From Candidatus Poribacteria bacterium (lineage in GTDB: Bacteria > Poribacteria > WGA-4E > WGA-3G): 64,000 nucleotides of DNA. The position numbers and the translations under genes were made by a program. This document shows positions 30,036 to 39,835 of this stretch, piece by piece (position 1 is the stretch's first letter; the number at the start of each line of letters is the position of its first letter). The notes beneath the pieces are model-generated. The model made no database searches. It worked only from the letters and a program-made list of their open reading frames with translations, and had not been told where the DNA came from. Location of the stretch: NCBI GenBank assembly GCA_965242965.1, contig OZ251518.1, positions 2,272,001 through 2,336,000 on the forward strand. Direction: 5' to 3'.

Positions 30036-31396
30036 TACGGACAACATGGAAAACGTTTATGCCATTCGATCGCCTGCTGATAGGCATCCGCAATGTGAAT
30101 CAACCGTTTTTCGTCCCACCACATGCCTGCGAACTGCATCCCGATTGGAAGTCCTGCTTCAGTGAACCCGCACGGTACAGAAATCGCAGGCAAACCGAGC
30201 AGATTAAAAATCCGAGTCTCCTGTGTTAACCGGGGCCGAATTTCGTTTGAGTTGCTCCCCTGAATTAGCGGCGCGGGGATGGGCGTAGCAGGCGTTAACA
30301 GCACTTCAACCTTCCGGAACGCTTCCACAAATTCACGGCGTGCTGCATCTCGCGCGCGGACCGCGGTGACGTAGTCAAATGCCGAAAGTTCAAGTCCCGC
30401 CTCAAGGAGTTCACGGACATCTGCACCGTAATCCTCTCGGCGCGCGAGGAGTTGTTCACGATGGAAATGGGCTGCCTCCGCCATTAAAATCGTGAGGGCA
30501 GCGTGATGTGCCTCCGGCACCGAAGGCATGGATACCTCAATGAATTCAACGCCTAACTCTTCAAGCACCTGTATCGCTGTCTCAATCGCCGATGCCACTT
30601 CCGCGTCCAGATTCTCAAAAAAGTGCGCTTTGTGCAAGCCTACCTTCATGCCAGCGATGGGTTTCCCGAGGTCGGCGGTGTAATCCGAGACAGGTGGCGC
30701 GTCGTCCACGAGGACATTCATCAGCATTGCAACATCGCGCGCCGTGCGGCACATCGGCCCGATGCAATCCAGCGACTGCGCGAGCTCTACCACGCCGTGC
30801 AAACTAATTCTTCCATACGTCGGTTTCAAGCCGACGATGCCACAGAGCGAGGCGGGGATGCGCACGGAACCGCCGGTATCCGTGCCGAGCGCGCCTGCAC
30901 AGAGTCTCGCGGCGACAGCGGCACCCGAACCGCCGCTTGAGCCGCCAGAGACGTGCGCTGTGTTCCACGGGTTGCGCGTCGCGCCGAAGTGCGGATTCTC
31001 TGTCGTTACGCCGAACGCATGTTCGTGCAAGTTCGTCTTCCCGATGATAATCGCGCCGGCGGCTTTCAGGCGTGCGATGACGGTTGCGTCTCTTACGCGG
31101 TTAGACATCGCGCCTCCGAAATTTTTCGCACCGCAGGTAGTCTCTGTCCCGGCGATGTGGATGATATCCTTCACGGCGATGGGTATCCCGCTGAGCGGAC
31201 CGGGGTTTTCGCCTCGGTGTATCTCTGCCTCTATTTCCTTCGCGCGTTGCAGGTTCTCCTCGTAGCACAGCGAGATAAATGCGTTGAGTTGCGGTTCGCA
31301 CCGTTCGATCTGCGCGAACGTCGCCTGAATCAGTTCTGTCGGCGAGATGTCGCTGCGCGTGAGTTCGGCGATGGAGTGTGTTAGGATGTCAGTCAT
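30035..31396 (-). CDS. Amidase signature family protein
   Basis: GIPIAVKD, GKTNLHE, GGSSGGSG, GTDTGGSVRIPAS. Confidence 0.95.
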   Translation of the reverse strand: MTDILTHSIAELTRSDISPTELIQATFAQIERCEPQLNAFISLCYEENLQRAKEIEAEIHRGENPGPLSGIPIAVKDIIHIAGTETTCGAKNFGGAMSNRVRDATVIARLKAAGAIIIGKTNLHEHAFGVTTENPHFGATRNPWNTAHVSGGSSGGSGAAVAARLCAGALGTDTGGSVRIPASLCGIVGLKPTYGRISLHGVVELAQSLDCIGPMCRTARDVAMLMNVLVDDAPPVSDYTADLGKPIAGMKVGLHKAHFFENLDAEVASAIETAIQVLEELGVEFIEVSMPSVPEAHHAALTILMAEAAHFHREQLLARREDYGADVRELLEAGLELSAFDYVTAVRARDAARREFVEAFRKVEVLLTPATPIPAPLIQGSNSNEIRPRLTQETRIFNLLGLPAISVPCGFTEAGLPIGMQFAGMWWDEKRLIHIADAYQQAIEWHKRFPCCP

Positions 31397-31694
31397 GATT
31401 TCGCGGTGTTGCCATCGGGTTTGTATTATTTTAACGTAATTGCGGGGAAATATCAAGAGGATTTTTGTGAGGTTCAACATGCTTGTCTGGGAGCAGGATT
31501 TACCAGATTAGGAAGATTAGCAAGATTATAGGATTTTCAGGATGAGGGTTTCTTGTTGATGCACAAGTCCCTTTTCCGTTCCCTTCTGTAGTTTGTGCTC
31601 GCCTGATCACAAACGGGTTCTCGTTGATGGACAAGTCCCGTTTCGGGTGGTAAGGGCGGATGTCTCTCTCCGCCCATTGCACCGAAATTGGCGA

Positions 31695-33725
31695 TTAACA
31701 ACCGTCACCGTTTTTATCGCCGAGTTTGCCGCTACGGACAACATCGGTGAGGAACTCAAGAAATGCCACAGCCTGCTCAAGAATTTTGGCGAACGCCGCG
31801 CTGCGATCCAGATTATCAAGGTTGAAATGCGTAGCGGCTTTTTCATACCTTGGGTCCTCTAGGATTTCAGGATGCGCACTACTACGAGTCGTCCGCAAAT
31901 CCCAAAGAGAACGGAGAAACCGAATATGCTTCTCGCTCCCGGCGACACCGCGGCACTTGAAAGCCGATTCAAGGAGGCAGATGCTCCTTTCCCCCTTCTT
32001 TCGCTCGGCAACCGGAATCAAATCCTTTAAGCGTTTTTCGTTGAGCGATTTGTCAATTAATACGCTTGTGAGGTCTGACACCAAATCTTTAAAATGGGAT
32101 TCCTCGTCAACGGCAGGAACCCTTATGCGTTGGAGGCGGTACGCGTCCCCCGATCCAAGGGGCTTCAACAATTGCCACCCCAGACATTCGTCGCAGGCCC
32201 TTTGCAACAGTTCATAATGTTCCTTGAACAAGAGATCTGGCTGATCTGAGCCTGTCCATTCGCCCTGGACATTCCGCCTAGAAAAGGTTTCACTCACTCC
32301 ACCTTCCGGCAGAACGTTGTGCACCCGCCAATGGAGCTGCTCCGTGTAAGGCAGATAGCACAGATCACGGAACATCACGCAGACTTTGTCCTGGGCATGG
32401 TTGTCGATTTTCATGCTCCACCACGAAGTCCCCACGCTTGAATCCTTAACAGTGTATTTGTTAGGTTCATGGTAGTACCGGTCCAACACTTGCTTGGAAA
32501 AGTGGATAGGAGTCAGGGAGAAGGGGGCATCCGGATTTTCCTCGGACAAATCGTCCAATTCCCCTGGGTCGCAGGTGTATTCATCGCCGTGAGTGTTGAA
32601 GATAAATTGGATGTAACGCCGCTTGGCTGGCGGGGAAAATTCAACGCAACCGCTCTCGGATTTGGGCGGCGGTTCAATGAGACGCTTTCCCTCCAGACAA
32701 CTATCCACTTGATAATTCCACATGCCGCGAATGTCGTTGTAATCGTGCCGCCAACAGATAAAGTCGCCTGAAGGAAGAGTATCCCAGGTGCTGCCGCTAT
32801 CCTTAAGTTCTGCTGGATCGAGGCATAATTTTTCGGAGGAGCGTTCCGAACGTTCCCAACAGCGGAATTGAATGGAGAGGTACATATCCTTGAGGGCGAG
32901 CCACTCAAGAATCTCCTGGAGCCGTATTTGAACGTGCTTCGGTTCCACAGTCGCTACGACGACTTCTTCCAAATCCTCATCAATTTTGAGGTACCGCTCC
33001 GTCTCTCTATCGTGGTAAAGCCCGTGAAAGTGGCGAAATTCCTCGCAAATTTCCAGCCATTCTTCCTTAGCATGATACCGGTCGTTGTAAATAACCAAAG
33101 GCTCCACCCCGTTTTCTGTGCCGTAGCGGAGGTATTCACCACCGCCCGAAAGGGGCATGCCATCACCGAGCCCGAGGTCCCACTCTGAATCGGAAAGGGC
33201 CTCCTCAATCTGAGCTGCTGGAATCAGCGCGGCATAGATGAAGCGTTCCCGATAGAGATTGTTCGGGCCCTGGGTCTCTATTTGATACACGGTAACCATG
33301 TCCGTCAATCGCAGGGGCCGCCGCAAATATGCCAACGTTTCTGCTTGGGATAGACGTTCCCGTTCTTTGTCAGAATTCATGATTTTTCTCCTTAGTTTCT
33401 CTTCTGATTCCCGCCAATAGGTTTTCGCGAGTTGAATATCGCGCCGCTGTGACGATTTGTCGCCACCACAGAGCAAAAGGACAACGGCGTTACTCACCTC
33501 ACCGAAATAAATCCGATATCCTGCCCCAAAGTGAAGGCGCAGCTCAGAGACACCGTCACCTACCGAACGATAATCACCAAAATTGCCGAGCGTGATGCGT
33601 GTAAGCCGGGCTTCGATTCGGTTTTGTGTCTTTGTATCTGAGATAGACATGAACCATTCGTTGAAGGGTTCATGTCCGTTTGAAGTTTGGAAGAACCGAA
33701 TTTCTCGCGGCTGTGCATTGCGCAT
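31695..33725 (-). CDS. Addiction-module killer (RelE/HigB-like) domain fused in frame to a ~560-aa protein with a C-terminal HEPN-like motif
   Basis: N-terminal GNFGDYRSVGDGVSELRLHFGAGYRIYF...LLLCGGDKSSQRRDI; internal SD AAGGAG + ATG at 33380; C-terminal LWDLRTTRSSAH. Confidence 0.75.
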   Translation of the reverse strand: MRNAQPREIRFFQTSNGHEPFNEWFMSISDTKTQNRIEARLTRITLGNFGDYRSVGDGVSELRLHFGAGYRIYFGEVSNAVVLLLCGGDKSSQRRDIQLAKTYWRESEEKLRRKIMNSDKERERLSQAETLAYLRRPLRLTDMVTVYQIETQGPNNLYRERFIYAALIPAAQIEEALSDSEWDLGLGDGMPLSGGGEYLRYGTENGVEPLVIYNDRYHAKEEWLEICEEFRHFHGLYHDRETERYLKIDEDLEEVVVATVEPKHVQIRLQEILEWLALKDMYLSIQFRCWERSERSSEKLCLDPAELKDSGSTWDTLPSGDFICWRHDYNDIRGMWNYQVDSCLEGKRLIEPPPKSESGCVEFSPPAKRRYIQFIFNTHGDEYTCDPGELDDLSEENPDAPFSLTPIHFSKQVLDRYYHEPNKYTVKDSSVGTSWWSMKIDNHAQDKVCVMFRDLCYLPYTEQLHWRVHNVLPEGGVSETFSRRNVQGEWTGSDQPDLLFKEHYELLQRACDECLGWQLLKPLGSGDAYRLQRIRVPAVDEESHFKDLVSDLTSVLIDKSLNEKRLKDLIPVAERKKGERSICLLESAFKCRGVAGSEKHIRFLRSLWDLRTTRSSAHPEILEDPRYEKAATHFNLDNLDRSAAFAKILEQAVAFLEFLTDVVRSGKLGDKNGDGC

Positions 33726-33797
33726 TGATGCTCACTTGTCGTTTTGTTCGCTAACACATTCACTTCGGCGGCAAATGCCACGTCTAACTCAACAAAA

Positions 33798-33826
33798 AGT
33801 ATAACACATTTGGGCTTATTTGTCAA
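33798..33826 (-). promoter_or_regulatory. sigma70 promoter of the toxin-fusion gene
   Basis: TTGACA-17-TATACT on the minus strand. Confidence 0.65.
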
Positions 33827-34065
33827 GTTGCCTGAATCGCGGATTTCCAAGATGATAGGATTTTCAGGATGAGGGTTCTCGTTGATGTGTAGGTGCCTTT
33901 TCCGGTGACTAGAGAAGGGAAGAACAACGCATGCTACGGTTGACTGCACAGATTCCTTCATTTATCAGAGAGTTTAGGTGCCGCGGGTTTGGGAGGCGGC
34001 GGAGGCGAGGCCTCCACCTTTGGTACCCAGGAAGCCGAACTACACCGACTACCTATTGAATTAGG

Positions 34066-34677
34066 TTACTGCAAGAATCGCAACGCTATCTTCAAAAGAT
34101 GAATAACGTGACGGTGGGGGTTAATAAACTCTGTCGATGCAGGTTCTTCCACGGATTCCCACTCCTTGATCTTACATTCTAGAGTGTTTATTCCCTTTTG
34201 AATTTCGGAGGCTACCCCAGTAAAATCAATATCAGCCGTGTAAGTGCTGAAAACGGTTTTATGGGCATGTAACACCTTGTGCTCAATTAGTTCAAGACGT
34301 TCATAGCCATATTTTCCTGACCGCAAGGATGAGGCCGAGTCAAACACCGATTCTAGCAGGCCGAGTGCGGCAATCTGATTCAACCGTCCCCAGTTCTTCG
34401 CGTAATAATAGGACGCAACCTCTAGACAGTTTGCTAGCCTTCCCGTGTAGAAGGGAACCACCTCATATTTTCTATTGTCCGAATCTGAGCTGATACCAAC
34501 TTCTACGCAGAACCGATCCGAGCGGAACTGCCGGGAGCGGGGCAGCTCCGAACTTGTAGAGCCCTCAGCATTTTCAGGTACTATCGTGACCTGCTGGATT
34601 CGATCCACGTTTATCATGCACAACGGCATAATGGGTTTTTGGTCTCTCATAGGAGAGTGAACCAACACCATATCCAT
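34066..34677 (-). CDS. Hypothetical protein
   Basis: 203-aa ORF with strong SD GAGGAGG; no recognised family. Confidence 0.6.
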   Translation of the reverse strand: MDMVLVHSPMRDQKPIMPLCMINVDRIQQVTIVPENAEGSTSSELPRSRQFRSDRFCVEVGISSDSDNRKYEVVPFYTGRLANCLEVASYYYAKNWGRLNQIAALGLLESVFDSASSLRSGKYGYERLELIEHKVLHAHKTVFSTYTADIDFTGVASEIQKGINTLECKIKEWESVEEPASTEFINPHRHVIHLLKIALRFLQ

Positions 34678-34759
34678 TTTATTACCTCCTCTTTATGCGC
34701 AGGCTGATGAATCTGAATGCGGCTTCTTCGCCGAAACCGTTTTCATCTTGCATTAAATT

Positions 34760-35433
34760 GAGGGGGTTTCATAAATCGCTCAACAAGGGGCCGTTTTTTT
34801 TCCATAGGGCGGGGCCCTCGGATGCCACACGCGCATCCGAGAGGGTTTCCCCCGCGAGCGGTGAGAGAAATGCCGATGACACCGTAGCGCGGGGGCCTGT
34901 CCCCCGCGATGCCTGTCGTCAAGAGGGCATCTTAGGTCCTTTAGGACCTACATGTCTATAGAAAAACGTATCGGCCCATGTCAAGGTCCTTTAGGTCCTT
35001 AATAAAAACACGCGCGGCATATTAAAAACTATTAAGGACCTAAAGGACCTTAGCGTTCTTCGCGGGCGCGCATGCTATAGACATTCAGGACCTAAAGGAC
35101 CTGAAGAGAACGAGTGTCGTTCTTAACCGGAGCGCGGGGGCCTGTCCCCCGCGAGCGTTGGATTGCACGAACGATGGCGAGGGACAGGCCCTCGCCCTAC
35201 GGTAAAACGTGGCCACCTCCGTAGGTCAAGATCGCCTGATCTTGACCCGTTCGTGTCCCCCGCGATCGCTGCATGGCGAGGGACAGGCCCTCGCCCTACG
35301 GTAACCCGGGGCGTTTTTTACCGTCGACCCGTTCGGGATCAGGCGATCCCGAACTACGGTCTCTCGCATGCGCGATGCATCGAGACCGGGAGGGCTCTCC
35401 TACCGGGAAGACATTGATTTATGAAACACCCTC
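34760..35433. mobile_element. MITE-like REP-cargo element, copy 6 (674 bp)
   Basis: TIRs GAGGGGGTTTCATAA / TTATGAAACACCCTC; flanks CATTAAATT / TGTTAAATT; carries an AGGTCCTTTAGGACCT module plus several GTAG REPs. Confidence 0.8.
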
Positions 35434-35439
35434 TGTTAA

Positions 35440-35468
35440 ATTATACCACGCAGAAATACATTTGTCAA
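35440..35468 (-). promoter_or_regulatory. sigma70 promoter firing through element copy 6 toward the 34677 gene
   Basis: TTGACA-17-TATAAT on the minus strand; the -10 box overlaps the target-site duplication. Confidence 0.65.
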
Positions 35469-35623
35469 GTTTTTCTTGCAACGCCCCAAGACGATTCAGG
35501 TTTCCCACATCTGTAGTTTGCAATCGCTTGGGCGCAACCAGGTCAAGATCAGGCGATCTTGACCTACAGAGGTGGGACGCTCTCACGGCATCAGGAACAG
35601 CAGACATGCGAAGGAGTTAGAAT

Positions 35624-35860
35624 GAGGGTGTTTCATAAATCGATGCACACCCGTAGGAGAGACCTCCCGGTCTCGATTCTGCCGGTAGGAGAGACCTCCC
35701 GGTCTCGATGTTCCCGTAGCGCGGGGGCCTGTCCCCCGCGAGCGTTGCATTGCGCGAGCGATGGCGAGGGACAGGCCCTCGCCCTACGGTGAAGTGCCGT
35801 TTTTTCCATGCGGTCCGTCGTGCTATAGACATTAAGGTCTTAACAGACCTTAACGGCATT
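35624..35860. mobile_element. Orphan left end of the MITE family with REP cargo
   Basis: GAGGGTGTTTCATAA followed by GTAGGAGAGACCTCCCGGTCTCG x2 and GCGAGGGACAGGCCCTCGCCCTAC; no right TIR seen. Confidence 0.6.
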
Positions 35861-35992
35861 TTGCGTCTATTGCGAATATCCAAACCGACACCGGGATTCC
35901 AAAGGATGTTGATTGCACAAATCTCCCTAATCCTGATAATCCTATAATCATGGAAATCCTGATTCAGACAGAAGAAGGCAAGCGAACCCACA

Positions 35993-38900
35993 CTACACCT
36001 CCATCCCCGCATCCCGATATGTCTGCTCGATGAGCGCAATCTCCTCCGCCGACAACCCATACAGCCGATAGACGATGGCATCGATTTGCCGCTCCAACGC
36101 GCGAACGTTATCGCTGTCAGGAGCTGCCAAAATCTGCTCAACGAGACGAGAGAGCTCTGTTTTCTGCGCCGCTGTCCGATTCGCAATCGGCGCATGAGCC
36201 ATATACTGGCGAATGAATCGCAAGCCGCCACCTGCCCACGGATCGTTGAGATTCTGAAACTTATGCCGAGCATACCAATCAAAGACTCGGCTATTCAAAA
36301 TCGCAAGTAGCGAGAGGTCTGTCGTTGGTAAAACATAAGTCGTCTGCAAGCAAAGCGTGTTTGTGGTATCGTAGCACGCGCGCATCGACGAACTGATATC
36401 CGGATAGACAATTTTCGGTACTGTGAGCGCGTCATAGTAGGCGCACGAACGGAGTTCCCAATAAAATTTGCCTTTGTCCGCGCGGGCAATAAGCCGTTCT
36501 CTGTAACCACTTAGATGACGATGAACGGCCGGGTAGGTTTTGGCAAAAATCCGTTCTGCCTCTGCGTCGTCTTCTGCATCTGACCAGGGCCATTCTCTAT
36601 TCGCGCTGCTCGCTATCGTTATCAAATACTTATCTGCCCAATGTGCTTGCCATCTGCGGATATCGCGCCCGCGCAGCAAGGGTTTTATCAGTTCGCTGCT
36701 GTTAGAATCTTCAAAAGCCAGCTGCTGATAGACGTTCTCATCTATAATAAAAGCGTCGTTAAAGCCGGTTTTTATGCCAAAAAAGAGCTGCATCTCGCCA
36801 AGAGGAACGCCGGTGCCTTGCAATTTTCCAAGCAAAGCAATTGCATCAGGCGATGTCAATACCCATCCTTCCGCTGTTAATTGGGATGCTTGCATCAGGA
36901 ACAACTGCGTTTCAAACTCTTCGCGGACATCGAAATCCTCAGAGTTTTGCCTGAGGGTTGCAGCGCGAAAATGGTGCCCGGGCGCAGCCGAACCCTTTTC
37001 AACGAGCACGATGCACGTATCCACCGCTGCATCAAAAACCGAGACACTTCCGAAATCCAAGAAGGTCTGAAGCGACATCTCAGCGGAGAGGAATTGCCTG
37101 AGGTTTTTCCCATACCCACTCCGCATAAACTTGTTCGTGCAGATATAGGGTAAGATACCACCATCCCGCAGGAGCTCCGCGCCGCGCTTATAGAAATAGA
37201 CGCTGATGTCCGCCGTGCTGGCGAAAAAGTCCTCAAACTGCGTTTTTAACGCGGGCTTGAGCGCGCGAATCTTCTCGTGACGGATATACGGCGGATTGCC
37301 AATGACAACATCAAACCCATCTTGGATGCCGAACATTTCCTCGGCCTCAAACCACTCGACGGTGGCGTTCTGATTGTAGGGATGCCAGTGGGCGATTTTC
37401 TCGGTATCCGCGGCGGGCATGCCTATCGTCTCTAACTCAGCGGCTAACGCAGCGCGTAAGGCTTCGTCTTGTTTCTGGCAGGCGCGTTTTTGTCGGCGTG
37501 TCGTTGCATGAAAATGCCGCTCTCGGTTGTCGCGCAGTTTTCGTAATAAGTCTCGGGTGGCATCGCTCGTGAACGTCAAGTTGCCTGACAAGCCAATGAG
37601 CGTATTCGCCGCGAGGAAGCGCGTCTCCAAATTCGGCAAGGGACGAATGCCGAAGTTCGCCGCGTCGGCATCTGGTTCTTGCTCAATCGCCAGCGAGATG
37701 AAAAAGCGGAGTTTCGCAATCTGGCACGCCACCGGTTGGATGTCTATACCGTAAATGCAGTTATGGATGAGATATAACTTCCGACCGAAATCGGAATCGC
37801 GATAACGTTTGAATGTCTCATCAATTTCAAGGAGTTCTTCGCGTCGGGTGTCGTCATCGGTTGTATCAAAGGCGGCAGCGGCGCGCTGTTGGGCGCGTTC
37901 GCGTTGTAAACTTTCCCATCGGCGGTTATCGGCATCCAGTCGCCGCAGCACGAGGGTGAGTTTATGCAACAAGCCCATCGGAAACGCACCCGAGCCGACG
38001 GCAGGATCCAAGAGTTTGAGCCCGGAGATGGCGCGCACGAGGTTCTCTGTCTCATCGGCATCAAACCATTCGCTGGCATCGTCAAACGCCTGCGCATAGT
38101 CCAGCAGATAGCGGAGCCGTTCATCCCAGAACTTTGCATCGCCATCGGTTGGCGCGCATTTTTGTTTGAACACGGCGACGAGTGCCTCGTCTACCATGTA
38201 ATCAACGATATCCCGCGGCGTGTAGTAAGAACCGGTGGCTCTGCGCGCCGTCGATTGTGTTTCAGGGTTGTAGGCACCGAGGAGATTTTCAAACACCTTG
38301 CCGAGCAACTCGGGGTCTAACGCAACTTCCTGTTCCACCGGCGTGTTCTCCTCCACGGTGAACTTATAGTGCGAAAAGAGCGGGAAGAGGCCCGCGTCTT
38401 CGTCAAAGAATAACTTCGCGGGAACGTGGAGTCTCCATCGCGCGTTTTCGTCATCGGTGAAGCAATCAATGCGAAAGCCGCCGGCGCGCGTGCCCTCAAA
38501 TGTATCCAAGCATTCAAACAGCCCGCCGTTGACGAACGGCACCTGTTTGAGGTATGCCAGAAATGCATCAGGAGTGCGGAGCAAATCGGCATAGCGATAC
38601 TTGTTAGGATTGCGATGCGCGCTGCGATTACGGGTGCTGAAGGCGCGTTTGTCTATCGGTGTATTGAGCGTCGCGAAGAAGAGATTCTGCAGTATCGCCT
38701 GATAATAGTCGGATGTCTCCAGAGAGAACTCTTTGAGATGCGTCGCTGCGGCATCTTTCTCAAAGAGTGCTATCGGCACCAACTTCTTCTCTTTCAGGAA
38801 CCAGATAAAGAGTAGGCGGGTGATGAGGCGGATAACCTGAAGTTGCGGCGCATCGTCGGGCAAGCGGCATTCGGCGACGGCCCACTGATACCATTCATAC

Positions 38901-39607
38901 AACTCGCCGTAGAATTGGCGGTTGAGTGCCTCGGTGTTCAGAACGCCTTCCCACGCTTTGTGCAGCGTGTCAAAATTGTGAACATTGTGGGTTTGGACGA
39001 GGTTTTCTAGGGAGAGTTCTGTGAGGATGTCAAGATGCGCGCGGTGCGGTGCGCGCAAGTTGATGTCCTTAATGAGCGTGACTTTCTCCAGAATCTGCCT
39101 TGTGCCCCCTACAGCCGCAGGCGTTGCTGCCCGCCTATCCCATCGGCGATTGATAATCGCCAACGTCAGGCAGTGCCCGTAGTGGAACATTACCATGATG
39201 GGTTGCGGCATCTGCTGGTTAATAAAGCGCGTGATGTTGACGAGTTGTGTGCGCGTGTAGGCATCGCCGGACAATTTCAGGGCGGCGAAGAGGTAAGACT
39301 GCATCAGCGCATCGTCAATCGCGTGACTCGCGAACACCCCTTGTTGTGCGTGCATCTCTTCGTCGGTGACTTGGAAGAGGAGGTGAAATGCGTCCCAGTC
39401 GTCACTGCGCAGTTTATCGGCGGTGCTTTGGCGTTGCGCGGTGGCTGCTAGCAGTCGGCGTTTGCGTTCGGCATCGATGCCGGGGTTGCCGATTCTTCGG
39501 CTGTGGTAGCCGAGGGTGTTGAGGAGGCGCGTGCCGGCAGCGCGCAGCGGGAATTCGGCGAAGGTGCGGAGCGTCTGTTTAATTTGTTTTTTGAGTGCTT
39601 CTGACAT
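35993..39607 (-). CDS. Eco57I/TaqI-like gamma-class N6-adenine MTase (type IIG-like) with TaqI_C specificity domain
   Basis: VPFVNGGLF, GSYYTP, LDPAVGSGAF, IYGIDI, FDVVIGNPPY, PLLRGRDIRRW, ID.IVY.LYGLS.EEI. Confidence 0.9.
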   Translation of the reverse strand: MSEALKKQIKQTLRTFAEFPLRAAGTRLLNTLGYHSRRIGNPGIDAERKRRLLAATAQRQSTADKLRSDDWDAFHLLFQVTDEEMHAQQGVFASHAIDDALMQSYLFAALKLSGDAYTRTQLVNITRFINQQMPQPIMVMFHYGHCLTLAIINRRWDRRAATPAAVGGTRQILEKVTLIKDINLRAPHRAHLDILTELSLENLVQTHNVHNFDTLHKAWEGVLNTEALNRQFYGELYEWYQWAVAECRLPDDAPQLQVIRLITRLLFIWFLKEKKLVPIALFEKDAAATHLKEFSLETSDYYQAILQNLFFATLNTPIDKRAFSTRNRSAHRNPNKYRYADLLRTPDAFLAYLKQVPFVNGGLFECLDTFEGTRAGGFRIDCFTDDENARWRLHVPAKLFFDEDAGLFPLFSHYKFTVEENTPVEQEVALDPELLGKVFENLLGAYNPETQSTARRATGSYYTPRDIVDYMVDEALVAVFKQKCAPTDGDAKFWDERLRYLLDYAQAFDDASEWFDADETENLVRAISGLKLLDPAVGSGAFPMGLLHKLTLVLRRLDADNRRWESLQRERAQQRAAAAFDTTDDDTRREELLEIDETFKRYRDSDFGRKLYLIHNCIYGIDIQPVACQIAKLRFFISLAIEQEPDADAANFGIRPLPNLETRFLAANTLIGLSGNLTFTSDATRDLLRKLRDNRERHFHATTRRQKRACQKQDEALRAALAAELETIGMPAADTEKIAHWHPYNQNATVEWFEAEEMFGIQDGFDVVIGNPPYIRHEKIRALKPALKTQFEDFFASTADISVYFYKRGAELLRDGGILPYICTNKFMRSGYGKNLRQFLSAEMSLQTFLDFGSVSVFDAAVDTCIVLVEKGSAAPGHHFRAATLRQNSEDFDVREEFETQLFLMQASQLTAEGWVLTSPDAIALLGKLQGTGVPLGEMQLFFGIKTGFNDAFIIDENVYQQLAFEDSNSSELIKPLLRGRDIRRWQAHWADKYLITIASSANREWPWSDAEDDAEAERIFAKTYPAVHRHLSGYRERLIARADKGKFYWELRSCAYYDALTVPKIVYPDISSSMRACYDTTNTLCLQTTYVLPTTDLSLLAILNSRVFDWYARHKFQNLNDPWAGGGLRFIRQYMAHAPIANRTAAQKTELSRLVEQILAAPDSDNVRALERQIDAIVYRLYGLSAEEIALIEQTYRDAGMEV

Positions 39608-39631
39608 AATTTTCACCTGCAAGCAAATGAT

Positions 39632-39770
39632 GAGCAGGATTTCCAAGATTTAGCAAGATTTAGCAAGATTATAGTTTCTGACGCACCGACACCGCTGGGG
39701 CATGCCACAACCGCGTCGGTGCGTCAAAGCCCTAATCCTGGAAATCCTGGTAATCGTGATAATCCTGCTC
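39632..39770. repeat. ~139-bp hairpin element with 9-nt-period AATCCTG/CAGGATT arms
   Basis: GAGCAGGATT...AATCCTGCTC outer inverted repeat; TGACGCACCGAC / GTCGGTGCGTCA inner inverted repeat. Confidence 0.75.
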
Positions 39771-39835
39771 GAAGATCCCGCGTTTGGTTTGCCCTGACAA
39801 AAGCGGGTGCTCTTTCGCTACAGTTGGGGCTGATA

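Noticed and set aside
34695-36282. Multiple small ORFs between the hypothetical gene and the MTase
   Set aside because: They lie in MITE/REP sequence or are alternative frames of the MTase 3' end; none resembles a transposase
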